From assembly GCA_030765785.1 (NCBI GenBank), contig JAVCCC010000004.1, forward strand, positions 10,008 to 74,007: a stretch of DNA of 64,000 nt. The letters run 5' to 3'. The notes below the pieces were generated by a model. It saw only the letters and a program-made list of their open reading frames with translations, did not search any database and was not told the DNA's origin. The position numbers were made by a program, and so were the translations under genes. The DNA is from Candidatus Aceula lacicola. Its GTDB lineage: Bacteria > Omnitrophota > Gorgyraeia > Zapsychrales > Aceulaceae. Below are positions 41,835 through 52,064 of this stretch, one piece after another (the first letter of the stretch is position 1; each line of letters begins with the position of its first letter).

Positions 41835-42943
41835 GATGATTCTTCTCCGAGCTTTACAGAAACGCAGCGGGATCCCCACGCTCCTGGCTTTTGATCAAAG
41901 AAACCCGCACAGGATGCATGGCAACTGTCACATTTATTATTAATTAGATGATACTGTTTGATTTCATAGCGTGAGCGTTCAATTACGTTCTGATGACAAG
42001 TGGAACAATAAGTTGTCGAGCCTTCATCGTCTTCAATATTGCCCGTGTATACATGCTGCATCCCTTTTTGCAACGCAATTTGACGTGCCTTTAACAAAGT
42101 CTGCTTTGGAGTCGGATTATAATTCATCATCTGAAAATTTGGATGAAATGCGCTGAAATGAATTGGCACTTCTCTTCCAAGATTTTCAACAATCCAATTG
42201 CAAATATTCTTTAAATCGTCATCCGAATCATTTTCACCCGGAATAATTAAATTTGTAATCTCAAGCCATACGTTCGTCTTTTCTTTTATAAAAATTAAAG
42301 TATCCAATACAGGCTTGAGCTCTGCCAACACAAGCCGCTTATAAAAGCTTTCATTAATTGATTTTAAATCGACATTAGCAGCATCCATGCTCTCAAAGAA
42401 TTCTTTTCTTGCCTCATTCGATATATATCCTGCGGTAACCGCAATTGTTTTAATACCCTTTAATCGGCATTCTTTAGCGGTGTCAATAGCATACTCTGCA
42501 AAAATAACTGGGTCGTTATAAGTAAATGCAACTGATTTTACTCCTACTTTTTTAGCCGTCTCAGCAATCATCATTGGCGTTGCCCTTTCCGAAAGACAAT
42601 CAAATTCTTTCGACCTTGATATATTCCAATTCTGACAAAACTTACATCCCATATTACATCCAGCTGTTCCGAATGACAAAACGCTTGTCCCTGGGTAAAA
42701 ATGGTACAGGGGTTTCTTTTCAATTGGGTCAATGCAAAATCCGCTTGAACGTCCATAGGTTGTCAGAATAAGCTCCCCGCCAATATTTTGACGCACAAAA
42801 CAAAAACCCCGCTTATTTTCAAGGATAAGGCAGAGACGGGGACAAAGATAACACTGAACACTACCTTCCTTCAATTTTTTCCACCAACGTGCTTGATAAT
42901 TATTATTTAACATACGAAAGGAAATTTTTATTGTTTTGACCAA
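41831..42943 (-). CDS. AmmeMemoRadiSam-system-type radical SAM enzyme (PflA-like)
   Basis: 370 aa; N-terminal CYLCPRLCLILENKRGFCFVRQN, DPIEKKPLYHFYPGTSVLSFGTAGCNMGCKFCQNWNIS (CxxxCxxC), extra C-terminal Cys (CSTCHQ, CDSCHASC). Confidence 0.65.
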   Translation of the reverse strand: MVKTIKISFRMLNNNYQARWWKKLKEGSVQCYLCPRLCLILENKRGFCFVRQNIGGELILTTYGRSSGFCIDPIEKKPLYHFYPGTSVLSFGTAGCNMGCKFCQNWNISRSKEFDCLSERATPMMIAETAKKVGVKSVAFTYNDPVIFAEYAIDTAKECRLKGIKTIAVTAGYISNEARKEFFESMDAANVDLKSINESFYKRLVLAELKPVLDTLIFIKEKTNVWLEITNLIIPGENDSDDDLKNICNWIVENLGREVPIHFSAFHPNFQMMNYNPTPKQTLLKARQIALQKGMQHVYTGNIEDDEGSTTYCSTCHQNVIERSRYEIKQYHLINNKCDSCHASCAGFFDQKPGAWGSRCVSVKLGEESS

Positions 42944-43884
42944 ATACGCGTATTAAGATTAAGATCATCAACGATTTCAATCGTCAGCTGAAGATCTTCA
43001 AAATACTCTTGGATAGGAGCAAAATCTAACATTGTTCGAAACACTCTTGGCTCAAAAAGATTTCGATTGTACCAAATTGCTATGTAAACATTTGATTTTA
43101 TAAAAGAAAGGTAAACTTCTCGCTTACTTTTCTTTTTAAAGCTCACAATTCGTTGTATAAGACTTGTCGACAGAATATACCTCGATTCGACAGGATCATC
43201 GCTGTAAACCGCAAAAAGTTTTTCAAACTCTGGATCTTCTAGTTTTACGAGAGCTGGACGCGAAACATTCATTTTTTGAAGCATTGTGCCAAAGCCACCA
43301 AACATCTTTTCGGCTCTGTCAGGAAGAACAAAAGTTTTTTTACAAAAATCTTTGTTAAAATCTGCAATAAAAAAAAGACCTTTAAAAACTGTGTGTTCAT
43401 GCCTATTTTTTCCGTGCGTAACATATTTGGCACATAGCTCAGAAAACTTTATTTTAGTCTTCCCTATTGTTCCTTGAATTAAATCATCTCCACGATATTC
43501 ATTGATAGCATGAGTAAAAATTTGGCTTGATTTAAATTCCGATTCTGAAATAAATCCACTCTTTTGATAAATCAAGCTATCATCCATAAAACCAACAAGG
43601 GGATTGATAACAACATCTTTAAAATTGCTAACATAGCCTCGCGTTAAAAAATAGTAAGCACCCGATATGGCCACAAAAGTTAAAATAGCGACATAGCCAG
43701 GAACCTTAGGATGAACATTTTGTATTTTAAGAGTAAAGAAAAACGCGATAACGCCAATCAAAAGAATGACAAAACTATACGCAGAAACAAGAACAACAAC
43801 TTCTTTTCTCTTTTCCTCTAAAACAAATATTTCTGGATGAAGTTTTTTATCATAAAAACTCCGTAACTCGGAAAGTGTTCGCAA
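42928..43884 (-). CDS. membrane protein (two N-terminal TM helices), DUF3137-like; LemA-associated
   Basis: 318 aa; TM1 VVVLVSAYSFVILLIGVIAFFFTL, TM2 YVAILTFVAISGAYYFL. Immediately downstream of lemA; family assignment from memory only. Confidence 0.45.
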   Translation of the reverse strand: MRTLSELRSFYDKKLHPEIFVLEEKRKEVVVLVSAYSFVILLIGVIAFFFTLKIQNVHPKVPGYVAILTFVAISGAYYFLTRGYVSNFKDVVINPLVGFMDDSLIYQKSGFISESEFKSSQIFTHAINEYRGDDLIQGTIGKTKIKFSELCAKYVTHGKNRHEHTVFKGLFFIADFNKDFCKKTFVLPDRAEKMFGGFGTMLQKMNVSRPALVKLEDPEFEKLFAVYSDDPVESRYILSTSLIQRIVSFKKKSKREVYLSFIKSNVYIAIWYNRNLFEPRVFRTMLDFAPIQEYFEDLQLTIEIVDDLNLNTRIWSKQ

Positions 43885-43903
43885 AAGAAATCCTTTTTAT
43901 AAA

Positions 43904-44461
43904 TTAATTATTAAAAGCGTCTCCAATATTAACATTCTGACGCTCTTGTTCATTAGCAACTGCAAAAACTGCCTTACGCTTATAATTCATCATAGATGCA
44001 AAAATATTAGTTGGAAACATTTCCACTGCATTGTTATAATCCGTAACTGATGCGTTAAAAGCTCGACGCGCAGCAGAAATTTGTTCCTCCACCTCGTTCA
44101 AGCTTCCCTGTAGCTGAATAAAATTTTGGCTAGCTTTTAAATCTGGATAATTTTCAACTGCAACCATGATTCCACCCAAAGTCTTAGTAATTTTATTATC
44201 AAGGCTTACCTTTTCATCTGAAGATAAATTTCCTGAAACAGCCTTAGCACGAAGCTCTGTAATTTCAGTCAATGTACCAGCTTCATGCTGCATATACTGC
44301 TTAACAGCAGCAACTAAATTTGGAATAAGATCATAGCGTTTTTTTAACATAACATCGATTGATCCAAAAGATTTCTCAACATCATTCTTTTTTCCAATCA
44401 ATCCGTTATACATCCCAAAAGCCAAGACGCCAATAACAGCAATAATAATAAAAACAAGCAT
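43904..44461 (-). CDS. lemA: LemA family protein
   Basis: 185 aa; N-terminal TM MLVFIIIAVIGVLAFGMYNGLIGKKN then KRYDLIPNLV, the LemA signature. Confidence 0.8.
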   Translation of the reverse strand: MLVFIIIAVIGVLAFGMYNGLIGKKNDVEKSFGSIDVMLKKRYDLIPNLVAAVKQYMQHEAGTLTEITELRAKAVSGNLSSDEKVSLDNKITKTLGGIMVAVENYPDLKASQNFIQLQGSLNEVEEQISAARRAFNASVTDYNNAVEMFPTNIFASMMNYKRKAVFAVANEQERQNVNIGDAFNN

Positions 44462-44580
44462 GAGCGTTCCTCCTTAAAAATTGTTAATAATAAAATTATT
44501 TTATCACCAAATGGATTACGAGCCAAGAGGTTTCGAAGGATTTCAAGAAACTGCAGAATAAAATTATTTAAAAATAAGCA

Positions 44581-44617
44581 AATAAAAAAAGAGCCAACGC
44601 TTAACGCATTGGCTCTT
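44581..44617 (-). terminator. rho-independent terminator of cspA
   Basis: Hairpin AGAGCCAA-(loop)-TTGGCTCT at 44590-44616, followed on the minus strand by UUUUUUUAUU (plus strand aataaaaaaa at 44581-44590). Confidence 0.8.
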
Positions 44618-44645
44618 AAAACCAGCAATATTATAAATCGCCTTT

Positions 44646-44846
44646 TTATAGTTTTACAACATTCTGGGCTTGTTCACCTTTAGGACCTTGAGTAATTTCA
44701 AACTCAACAGCTTGTCCTTCTTCTAAAGATTTATAGCCTTCTCCTTGAATCTCAGCATGATGTACAAACACATCTTTACCTTCCTCTGGCGAGATAAAAC
44801 CATAACCTTTTTGGTTACTGAACCACTTTACTGTTCCTTTTGCCAT
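44646..44846 (-). CDS. cspA: cold-shock protein (CspA family)
   Basis: 66 aa; [18 protein letters not shown] (RNP1 KGFGFI-like), VFVHHAEI (RNP2). GGAGG ribosome-binding site. Confidence 0.9.
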   Translation of the reverse strand: MAKGTVKWFSNQKGYGFISPEEGKDVFVHHAEIQGEGYKSLEEGQAVEFEITQGPKGEQAQNVVKL

Positions 44847-45014
44847 TATTTAACCTCCTTTCGCAATCTTTGAGTATAACCCTAATTCTTAAAGCTTTAA
44901 ACTTTTTGATTAAAACTAGGGTAATAATGGCGTGAAAACTAAAAAGACCGTACAGGCAAAATCTTTGTGCCCAAACGGCTTCAAGTTTCCCTTTCCTTCA
45001 TTAACTCAATGACA

Positions 45015-45043
45015 ATTATGCCCTATACAGGACGTTTTGTCAA
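45015..45043 (-). promoter_or_regulatory. cspA promoter TTGACA-17-CATAAT, giving an approximately 160-nt 5' UTR
   Basis: Minus strand: TTGACAaaacgtcctgtatagggCATAAT. -35 at 45038-45043, -10 at 45015-45020. A long leader is typical of cold-shock cspA mRNAs. Confidence 0.55.
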
Positions 45044-45075
45044 CTAAAACTTTTTAGCAGAAGATGTTAGGAATA

Positions 45076-45648
45076 TTAAACAATATTCGCAAAACCCATG
45101 AAAGCTAAGGCAAGAAGCCCAGCAACAATAAGTGAGATCGGAACACCTTTCATAGACTCAGGTATATCCAAAAGCTCTAAACGTTCGCGAATTGATGAAA
45201 AGATGACAAGTGCTAGCGTAAAGCCTATTGCGTTGGCAACGGCAAAGACAGTACTCTCAATAAGATTGTAGTCTTTTCGAATAACAAGGATGGCAACGCC
45301 AAGAATAGCGCAATTTGTTGTAATAAGCGGCAAGAAGACTCCAAGCGCCTGATAAAGCGCAGGACTTACTTTCTTTAAAATAAGTTCAACCATTTGAACT
45401 AAGGCCGCAATAACAAGGATATAGACAACAGTCTGCAAAAAGTCGATGTGAAGAGGCACTAAAATATAAGTCTGAATGAGATATGTAACAATGGTTGCAA
45501 GCGTCATGACAAACAAAACCGCTCCCCCCATTCCAATAGCTGTTGATAATTTCTTAGAGACGCCAAGAAACGGACAAATCCCCAAAAATTGGGCTAAAAC
45601 AATATTGTTAACGAGAACCGCAGAAATAATAATTAAAATATATTCCAT
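45076..45648 (-). CDS. rnfA: Rnf complex subunit A
   Basis: 190 aa; NNIVLAQFLGICPFLGVS motif; polytopic. Confidence 0.85.
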   Translation of the reverse strand: MEYILIIISAVLVNNIVLAQFLGICPFLGVSKKLSTAIGMGGAVLFVMTLATIVTYLIQTYILVPLHIDFLQTVVYILVIAALVQMVELILKKVSPALYQALGVFLPLITTNCAILGVAILVIRKDYNLIESTVFAVANAIGFTLALVIFSSIRERLELLDIPESMKGVPISLIVAGLLALAFMGFANIV

Positions 45649-46235
45649 TATTTGGTTCCTTTATTAAATCGATTAACCAAGGCAATCAGATAGCCTAAAA
45701 CCATAAATGCACCTGGCGCCATAGCAAAAACAAGCATGCCATCACTTGTAAGAAATTTAAATCCAAAAATTGATCCTGCACCCAAGGCCTCTCGGATAGC
45801 GCCTAAAATCGTAACAGCAAAAGTAAAGCCTAAGCCCATACCAAGACCGTCCAGGATAGAGCTAAAAATATCATTTTTAGAAGCAAATGCCTCAGCGCGC
45901 CCCAAAACAATACAATTAACAACAATTAAGGGAATAAAAATACCAAGCTGCGCATGAAGCACTGGAACATATGCTGCCATAACCAAATCGACAATTGTAA
46001 CAAAAGAAGCAATAACAACAATAAATGATGGAATACGAACCTTCTCTGGAATCAAATTCTTTATTAGCGAAATCACAAGATTTGACATAACCAAAACAAA
46101 AGCAGTTGCAACTCCCATGCCAAGACCGTTGATTGCAGATGTTGTTACGCCAAGCGTTGGACAAAGCCCCAAAAGTAAAACAAAAACTGGGTTTTCTTTT
46201 AAAAATCCTTTAATAAAGTTTTGCCACTGATTCAT
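45648..46235 (-). CDS. rnfE: Rnf complex subunit E
   Basis: 195 aa; [14 protein letters not shown] motif; polytopic. Confidence 0.85.
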   Translation of the reverse strand: MNQWQNFIKGFLKENPVFVLLLGLCPTLGVTTSAINGLGMGVATAFVLVMSNLVISLIKNLIPEKVRIPSFIVVIASFVTIVDLVMAAYVPVLHAQLGIFIPLIVVNCIVLGRAEAFASKNDIFSSILDGLGMGLGFTFAVTILGAIREALGAGSIFGFKFLTSDGMLVFAMAPGAFMVLGYLIALVNRFNKGTK

Positions 46236-46810
46236 TCTTTAATTTCCTTCAAATATACTTTATATGCGCGTTTAACTGCATCACAAAAAGCACGCGAACT
46301 GATGGTCGCTGCGGTAATTGCATCGACATCTCCCCCGTCTTGCTTAACCTTTAAAATAAAATTACTTGGATTTTTTCCGTTAAATTGATCAGAAAAATCT
46401 GATTTACTTTTCTGAATCTTATCGCCAAGCCCTGGCGTTTCGTTCGCCTTTAAAACAACTGTGTTATTAATCGTTCCATCTGGTAAAATACCAACCATTA
46501 ATCGAATGAGCCCTGAAAAACCTTTGAGCGTAAAGGTGTCAATGGCAAGACCTACAATCTTATTTTGTTTTTTAGCAAGATAAACCGTTACAGCTTCCCC
46601 GTCGATATTAATATTGCGCACATCTTCAAGCGGATTGTTATCAAAAGCAGGAACAACCTCAGCAATAGCTTTTGTCTTTTTTTCGAGCGCAACTTTTGCG
46701 ATTGGCCCTTTGGTTTGCTCATAGACAACGCCTAGCAGTGAAGATGAAATAAGCGCAATAATAAAAAGCGTTAAAACCATGTTAATAAAATTAGATTCTC
46801 TTTTAGTCAT
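46232..46810 (-). CDS. rnfG: Rnf complex subunit G (FMN-binding)
   Basis: 192 aa; N-terminal TM, covalent-FMN motif [12 protein letters not shown]. Confidence 0.85.
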   Translation of the reverse strand: MTKRESNFINMVLTLFIIALISSSLLGVVYEQTKGPIAKVALEKKTKAIAEVVPAFDNNPLEDVRNINIDGEAVTVYLAKKQNKIVGLAIDTFTLKGFSGLIRLMVGILPDGTINNTVVLKANETPGLGDKIQKSKSDFSDQFNGKNPSNFILKVKQDGGDVDAITAATISSRAFCDAVKRAYKVYLKEIKE

Positions 46811-47810
46811 TTTTGACCTTTACAAAACCGTATTTTCTTGGTTTGCAGAATTTATCAATAAGCGGAACAAAAGCATTCATAATCAAAATCGCAAAAGAAA
46901 CTCCCTCTGGATAAGCGCCAAACACGCGTATGACAACAGTAATAAGACCTATTAAGACGCCAAAGATAATCATGCCCTTTGGTGTCATTGGAGATGTGAC
47001 CATGTCCGTCGCCATAAATATCGCCCCTAAGAAAACGCCTCCGGTTAAAATTTGGAACATCGGATCCATATATTTCTCAGGATTAAAGCCCCAAAGAATG
47101 CCAGAGAAAAGTGCCACACCACCAATCATAGCAACCGGAATATGCCAACTAATCACTTTTCGATAAAGCAAATAAATTCCTCCTAAAGCAAGCGCAAGCA
47201 CAGAAACTTCTCCAATACATCCACCTAATTTTCCAAAAAATAAATCTGCATAACTTGGAAGCTTTGTTATTAATTCTGATGTTGCAATGTTGTTTTTTAA
47301 CCCCTCTTTAACAATGGATAACGGAGTTGCCGACGTGACCGCATCGACAAGCTTGAAACGTGTCAGAATGGGCACTGGCCAACTCGTCATAGCAACAGGA
47401 AATGAAACAAATAAAAATACACGCCCAACCAATGCTGGATTAAAAGGATTGTTTCCGAGCCCACCGAAAGACATTTTAGCAATTGCGATTGCAACAAAAC
47501 TACCGACAATAATCATCCACCAGGGCAAATTACTAGGAACATTAAAAGCTAATAAAAGACCTGTGACCATTGCAGATCCGTCATTAATTGTTGGCTTGAC
47601 TTTAAGCATAAACTTTTGAATAAGATATTCAAATAAAACACACGAGAAAATAGCAATTAATGTTACACGTAACGCGCCAAAACCAAACATATACATAGAA
47701 ACTATAAATGCCGGCATAAGAGCAATGAGAACATCGTACATAATGCGCGAAACAGAGTCTTTGCCGCAAGTATGTGGAGATAAAGAAACGATTAATTTTT
47801 TATTGCTCAT
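46803..47810 (-). CDS. rnfD: Rnf complex subunit D
   Basis: 335 aa; polytopic, NqrB/RnfD family, DAVTSATPLS FMN-threonine motif. Confidence 0.85.
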   Translation of the reverse strand: MSNKKLIVSLSPHTCGKDSVSRIMYDVLIALMPAFIVSMYMFGFGALRVTLIAIFSCVLFEYLIQKFMLKVKPTINDGSAMVTGLLLAFNVPSNLPWWMIIVGSFVAIAIAKMSFGGLGNNPFNPALVGRVFLFVSFPVAMTSWPVPILTRFKLVDAVTSATPLSIVKEGLKNNIATSELITKLPSYADLFFGKLGGCIGEVSVLALALGGIYLLYRKVISWHIPVAMIGGVALFSGILWGFNPEKYMDPMFQILTGGVFLGAIFMATDMVTSPMTPKGMIIFGVLIGLITVVIRVFGAYPEGVSFAILIMNAFVPLIDKFCKPRKYGFVKVKND

Positions 47811-47812
47811 TT

Positions 47813-49156
47813 CTAACTCTTCTCTCGTAATTTTTGATTAATAATTGATTTTCCAAGACGAATGTAATCCAGCAATGGTCTATCAGCTGGACATGTAAAA
47901 CCACAGGTTCCACATTCGCAACAATTTAAAATCTGTTCTTGCTGTGCTTGATCATAAAAACCTTTTTCCACTAAATTCATAAGCAAATACGGCTCTAATC
48001 CTAACGGGCAATGCCACGCACATTTTGCACAACGGATACAGTTTAAAACTTCCCCTCTCATTGATTCATTTTCTGAAATCAATAAAATACCGGACGTTCC
48101 TTTTGTCACTGGAACATCAGGCGTATTAAGCGCTTTTCCCATCATAGGTCCGCCACTAACAATTTTACCCGTTTGATCTGGAAGCCCACCAGCTGCCTTA
48201 ATCAAATTCGAAACAGGAATGCCAAGTCGAACAAGAAAATTTGATGGATTCTTAAGATTCTTTCCTGTAACCGTAACAACTCGTTCAACGAGCGGTTTGT
48301 TTTTTTGAACTGATTCATAAACAGCAAAAGCTGTTCCGACATTTTGAACAACAACGCCAACATCAATCGGAAGCCCACCAATTGGAACTTGACGATTAGT
48401 TAACGCTTCAATCAATTGTTTTTCTGCGCCCTGCGGATACTGAACTTTTAAAACCACAACAGAAATCCCACTATAATTTTTTGCCAAATTCGAAAGATGT
48501 TCAATAGCGTCAAGCTTGTTTGCTTCAATGCCAATTAAAGCTTTTGAAACGCCTAAGGCTTGCATAATAATCTGAGTGCCGATCAAGACCTCTTCACCTT
48601 TTTCTAACATTAATCGATGATCTGCTGTTAAAAAAGGCTCACACTCAACACCATTAATTAAAAGAATATCTGCGACCTTACCTTCAGGAGGCGATAGTTT
48701 AACATGAATTGGAAATGTCGCCCCACCCAGGCCAACAATACCATCTTTCTGAAGCTTAGAAATAATCTCTTCTTTTGAAAGCGTAATTTTCTTTTTAATA
48801 TCTAAACTTGTATCAATCCCCTCAAGCCAATCATCACCATCAATTTTTATCGTAATGGCCAATCGCTTATATCCACTCGCATCCATAACCTTATCGATCT
48901 TTGAAACAACGCCAGAAACACTCGCATGAATATTTGTCGACACATATCCACCACTTTCAGCAATAACTTGCCCAACCTTAACAATATCATTAGCAACAAC
49001 AATCGGCTTAGCCGGTGCACCTAAATGCTGAGAAACCGGAATCGAAACAATCTCTGGCATCTTTAAAAGTTCAATCGCCTTATCAGCAGAAATCTTATGA
49101 CCCTCAGGGTGAATCCCGCCTTTTGGAAATGTTTTTAATTCTTTATATCCACTCAT
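47813..49156 (-). CDS. rnfC: Rnf complex subunit C
   Basis: 447 aa; NADH/FMN-binding region, CIRCAKCAWHCP and CCECGTCGFTCP 4Fe-4S motifs. Confidence 0.85.
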   Translation of the reverse strand: MSGYKELKTFPKGGIHPEGHKISADKAIELLKMPEIVSIPVSQHLGAPAKPIVVANDIVKVGQVIAESGGYVSTNIHASVSGVVSKIDKVMDASGYKRLAITIKIDGDDWLEGIDTSLDIKKKITLSKEEIISKLQKDGIVGLGGATFPIHVKLSPPEGKVADILLINGVECEPFLTADHRLMLEKGEEVLIGTQIIMQALGVSKALIGIEANKLDAIEHLSNLAKNYSGISVVVLKVQYPQGAEKQLIEALTNRQVPIGGLPIDVGVVVQNVGTAFAVYESVQKNKPLVERVVTVTGKNLKNPSNFLVRLGIPVSNLIKAAGGLPDQTGKIVSGGPMMGKALNTPDVPVTKGTSGILLISENESMRGEVLNCIRCAKCAWHCPLGLEPYLLMNLVEKGFYDQAQQEQILNCCECGTCGFTCPADRPLLDYIRLGKSIINQKLREKS

Positions 49157-50028
49157 TAATTTGTTTCTTCCATTTTTATTTCAGCTGTTGGCTCAATCTT
49201 TGGTTTTTTAGGTGGAAAATTAATTTCATAAATAGCCTTTGTTGGGCATGCAGAAACACATTTTCGGCAAAGTTTACATTTTTTATAATCAATATATGCC
49301 AAATTTTCCCGCATTTCAATTGCTCCAAACGGACAAACCTCAACACATTTACCACAGCCAATACAAGCTGCAACACAATTTTTTCGAGCAATGCCACCTT
49401 TTTCTGTATTTGAACAACAAACAAAAATACGTCGATTTGCTTTTCCTTTCAAACGTAATTCAATAAGCAATCGTGGGCAAGCCTTAACACACGCGCCACA
49501 TGAAACACATTTTTCCTCATCAACAACAGGAAGCCCTGTTTCTTCATCTATATAAATAGCATCAAATTTACAAGATTTAACACAATCGCCTAAACCTAAG
49601 CATCCAAAAGAACACCCTGTTTCACCTGAATATAAGTTATGAACGATTTTGCACGAGGTTGTTCCATCGTAAATATTTGTACGCGGTCTATTTTTATATG
49701 ATCCGTTACATCGAACAACGGCAAGCATAGCTTCTTTTTCAACAACCTCAATGCCAAGAATTTTAGCAACATCGTTCATGCCTTTATTGCCACCCACAGG
49801 ACAAAACAAATTGTCCAAATCTGTAGCCTTAACACAAGCTTCTGCAAAACTTCGACACCCTGGATATCCACAGCCACCGCAGTTAGCAGCAGGCAGCGCT
49901 TCGTTGACCTCGTCAATACGGGGGTCTTCAATAACTTTAAATTTCTTAGCCACAAAATAAAGAATTACACCCGCGAGAATGCCGAGAGAACTAAGAGATA
50001 TAATGGTATAAAAAATTGTAAAATTCAT
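49156..50028 (-). CDS. rnfB: Rnf complex subunit B (polyferredoxin)
   Basis: 290 aa; N-terminal TM, CGGCGYPGC, multiple CxxCxxCxxxCP ferredoxin motifs. Confidence 0.8.
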   Translation of the reverse strand: MNFTIFYTIISLSSLGILAGVILYFVAKKFKVIEDPRIDEVNEALPAANCGGCGYPGCRSFAEACVKATDLDNLFCPVGGNKGMNDVAKILGIEVVEKEAMLAVVRCNGSYKNRPRTNIYDGTTSCKIVHNLYSGETGCSFGCLGLGDCVKSCKFDAIYIDEETGLPVVDEEKCVSCGACVKACPRLLIELRLKGKANRRIFVCCSNTEKGGIARKNCVAACIGCGKCVEVCPFGAIEMRENLAYIDYKKCKLCRKCVSACPTKAIYEINFPPKKPKIEPTAEIKMEETN

Positions 50029-50492
50029 GTATTTTTCCTAAGAATTTTAAATGTAAACGATTTCGCAATTTTGCTACGAAAGATATATAATCCAAAATAA
50101 TAAAAAATTAAAATAGATACGGCAGAAATTCCAGATTTCAATTCGTTTCCTGTCAGACTAAAAAACGCCAGAAGGGCAGAAAATAAAATAACAAAAGGAA
50201 CCAGATATCCTAAGAAAAGCGCACGAAAACCAATACTTTCTTCAAAATAAACAACGACGTCATCTCCCGGAGAAAAGCTTTCTGTTGCGTCGTTGACCTC
50301 GACAATCTTATATTCTGTATCAGAAACAGGACACGCTTTTTTGCCATGACAATGAGAACACGCAGAAACATTCTCAATAACGACTTTGACGTTATTCTCT
50401 TGAGCCTCGAGGACTTTTCCTTTATGCCAAATAAGTTCGGATGATTGTAACAAGAGAACCTGACCTATTAAAACGTTTTTGTTTCTTTTCAT
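50025..50492 (-). CDS. rseC: RseC/MucC-family protein (SoxR-reducing-system RseC-like), first gene of the rnf operon
   Basis: 155 aa; N-terminal soluble domain with SACSHCHGKKACP, then two C-terminal TM helices. Overlaps the rnfB start. Confidence 0.6.
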   Translation of the reverse strand: MKRNKNVLIGQVLLLQSSELIWHKGKVLEAQENNVKVVIENVSACSHCHGKKACPVSDTEYKIVEVNDATESFSPGDDVVVYFEESIGFRALFLGYLVPFVILFSALLAFFSLTGNELKSGISAVSILIFYYFGLYIFRSKIAKSFTFKILRKNT

Positions 50493-50496
50493 TCGG

Positions 50497-50522
50497 CTTT
50501 ATTGTATACGCATACAATAAAG
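50497..50522. promoter_or_regulatory. perfect 10-bp-arm palindrome abutting the rseC start (candidate operator)
   Basis: CTTTATTGTA-TACGCA-TACAATAAAG at 50497-50522, 4 nt upstream of the rseC ATG on the minus strand. A related ATTGTATCGCTCACAAT lies at 50636-50652. Confidence 0.3.
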
Positions 50523-50664
50523 TCTCAAGATCCCACTATTAATTCCTGCCTATTTCTTTCGTATTTTTTTTCTTAGTTAAGTATGGCGAAATAACAATAA
50601 AACTGATTAAGACGAGCGTGACTAAAATCGTTATAATTGTATCGCTCACAATTTAAAACCTTTT

Positions 50665-52059
50665 TTACTTCTTTGACGAAATCATTTTCTTCGGGTTAAC
50701 AACTCGATCAAATTCTTTTTCGCTTAAAACTTTAAGCTGAATAGCTGCGCTTTTAAGCGTAATATTTTCTTTATATGCTTTTTGAGCAACCTTAGCCGCT
50801 CTATCATAACCAATAACTGGATTAAGCGCCGTCACTAACATCAGAGAATTATTTAAATTTTCTTTAATTCTTTTTAAGTTTGGCTTAATGCCTGAAAGGC
50901 ATTTTTCATTAAAACTTTTTGATGAATCAGACAAAATCTTAATTGACTGTAAAACATTAAATATAATAACTGGCTTAAAAACATTTAACTCAAAGTTTCC
51001 ACTTGCTCCTGCAATTGAAACAGTTGTATCGTTGCCTATGATTTGAGAGCAAACCATGGTCATGGCTTCACATTGCGTTGGATTAACCTTGCCTGGCATA
51101 ATCGAGCTTCCTGGCTCGTTTGCTGGCAAAACAAGCTCTCCGATTCCAGATCGCGGACCTGATGAAAGAAAGCGAATATCATTTGTAATTTTCATCAAAG
51201 AAACAGCAACACCTTTTAAAGCACTGCTCAAAGCAACCAGCGCATCGTGTGCCGCGATGGCTTCAAATTTATTTGGTGCTGATTGAAAAGAAATTTTAGT
51301 TAATTTTGAAATATTCTTTATTGCTAATTTTGAAAATTTTGGATGTGCGTTTAATCCTGTGCCGACCGCCGTAGCGCCTAACGCAAGTTCTTTTACGCCT
51401 GGCAAAGTTGCCTTAATTCGTTTAATGCCGTTTAGCAACTGCTGCGCATATCCAGAGAACTCTTGGCCTAAAGTCAAAGGTGTCGCATCCATCAAATGGG
51501 TACGTCCAATCTTAACAATCTTTGAAAATGATTTTGCTTTCCGAGCAAATTCTTTTTGAAGATTTTCAAGGGCCGGCAACAAACTTTGTGTTGTTGCAAT
51601 GACCGCAGCAATATGCATGGCAGTTGGAAAGACATCGTTTGACGATTGACATTTATTGACATCATCATTCGGATGAATTGGTTTTTTAGTTCCAATCTTT
51701 CCTTTGGCAATCTGGATCGCTCGATTTGCGATAACTTCATTTGCGTTCATATTGGTTTGCGTACCACTTCCTGTTTGCCAAACCGAGAGCGGGAATTGAT
51801 CCGCAAACTTTCCCTGGAGAATTTCATTGCACGCACGTACAATAAGCCCAGCCTTCTTTGCGGAAAGCACCTTTATCTCTTTGTTCGCCAACGCTGCAGA
51901 CTTTTTAACAATAACGAGCGACCTAATAAAATCGATAGAAAAACGCTCATCGACAATATTAAAGTTCTTTAAAGAACGCACTGTTTGAGCACCGTACAAT
52001 GCACTCAACGGAACTTTAACCGAACCCAGACTATCTTGTTCTATGCGAAATTTCGTCAT
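50665..52059 (-). CDS. fumC: class II fumarate hydratase
   Basis: 464 aa; [28 protein letters not shown] (FumC-type fumarate-lyase signature). Confidence 0.85.
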   Translation of the reverse strand: MTKFRIEQDSLGSVKVPLSALYGAQTVRSLKNFNIVDERFSIDFIRSLVIVKKSAALANKEIKVLSAKKAGLIVRACNEILQGKFADQFPLSVWQTGSGTQTNMNANEVIANRAIQIAKGKIGTKKPIHPNDDVNKCQSSNDVFPTAMHIAAVIATTQSLLPALENLQKEFARKAKSFSKIVKIGRTHLMDATPLTLGQEFSGYAQQLLNGIKRIKATLPGVKELALGATAVGTGLNAHPKFSKLAIKNISKLTKISFQSAPNKFEAIAAHDALVALSSALKGVAVSLMKITNDIRFLSSGPRSGIGELVLPANEPGSSIMPGKVNPTQCEAMTMVCSQIIGNDTTVSIAGASGNFELNVFKPVIIFNVLQSIKILSDSSKSFNEKCLSGIKPNLKRIKENLNNSLMLVTALNPVIGYDRAAKVAQKAYKENITLKSAAIQLKVLSEKEFDRVVNPKKMISSKK

Positions 52060-52064
52060 AATAA

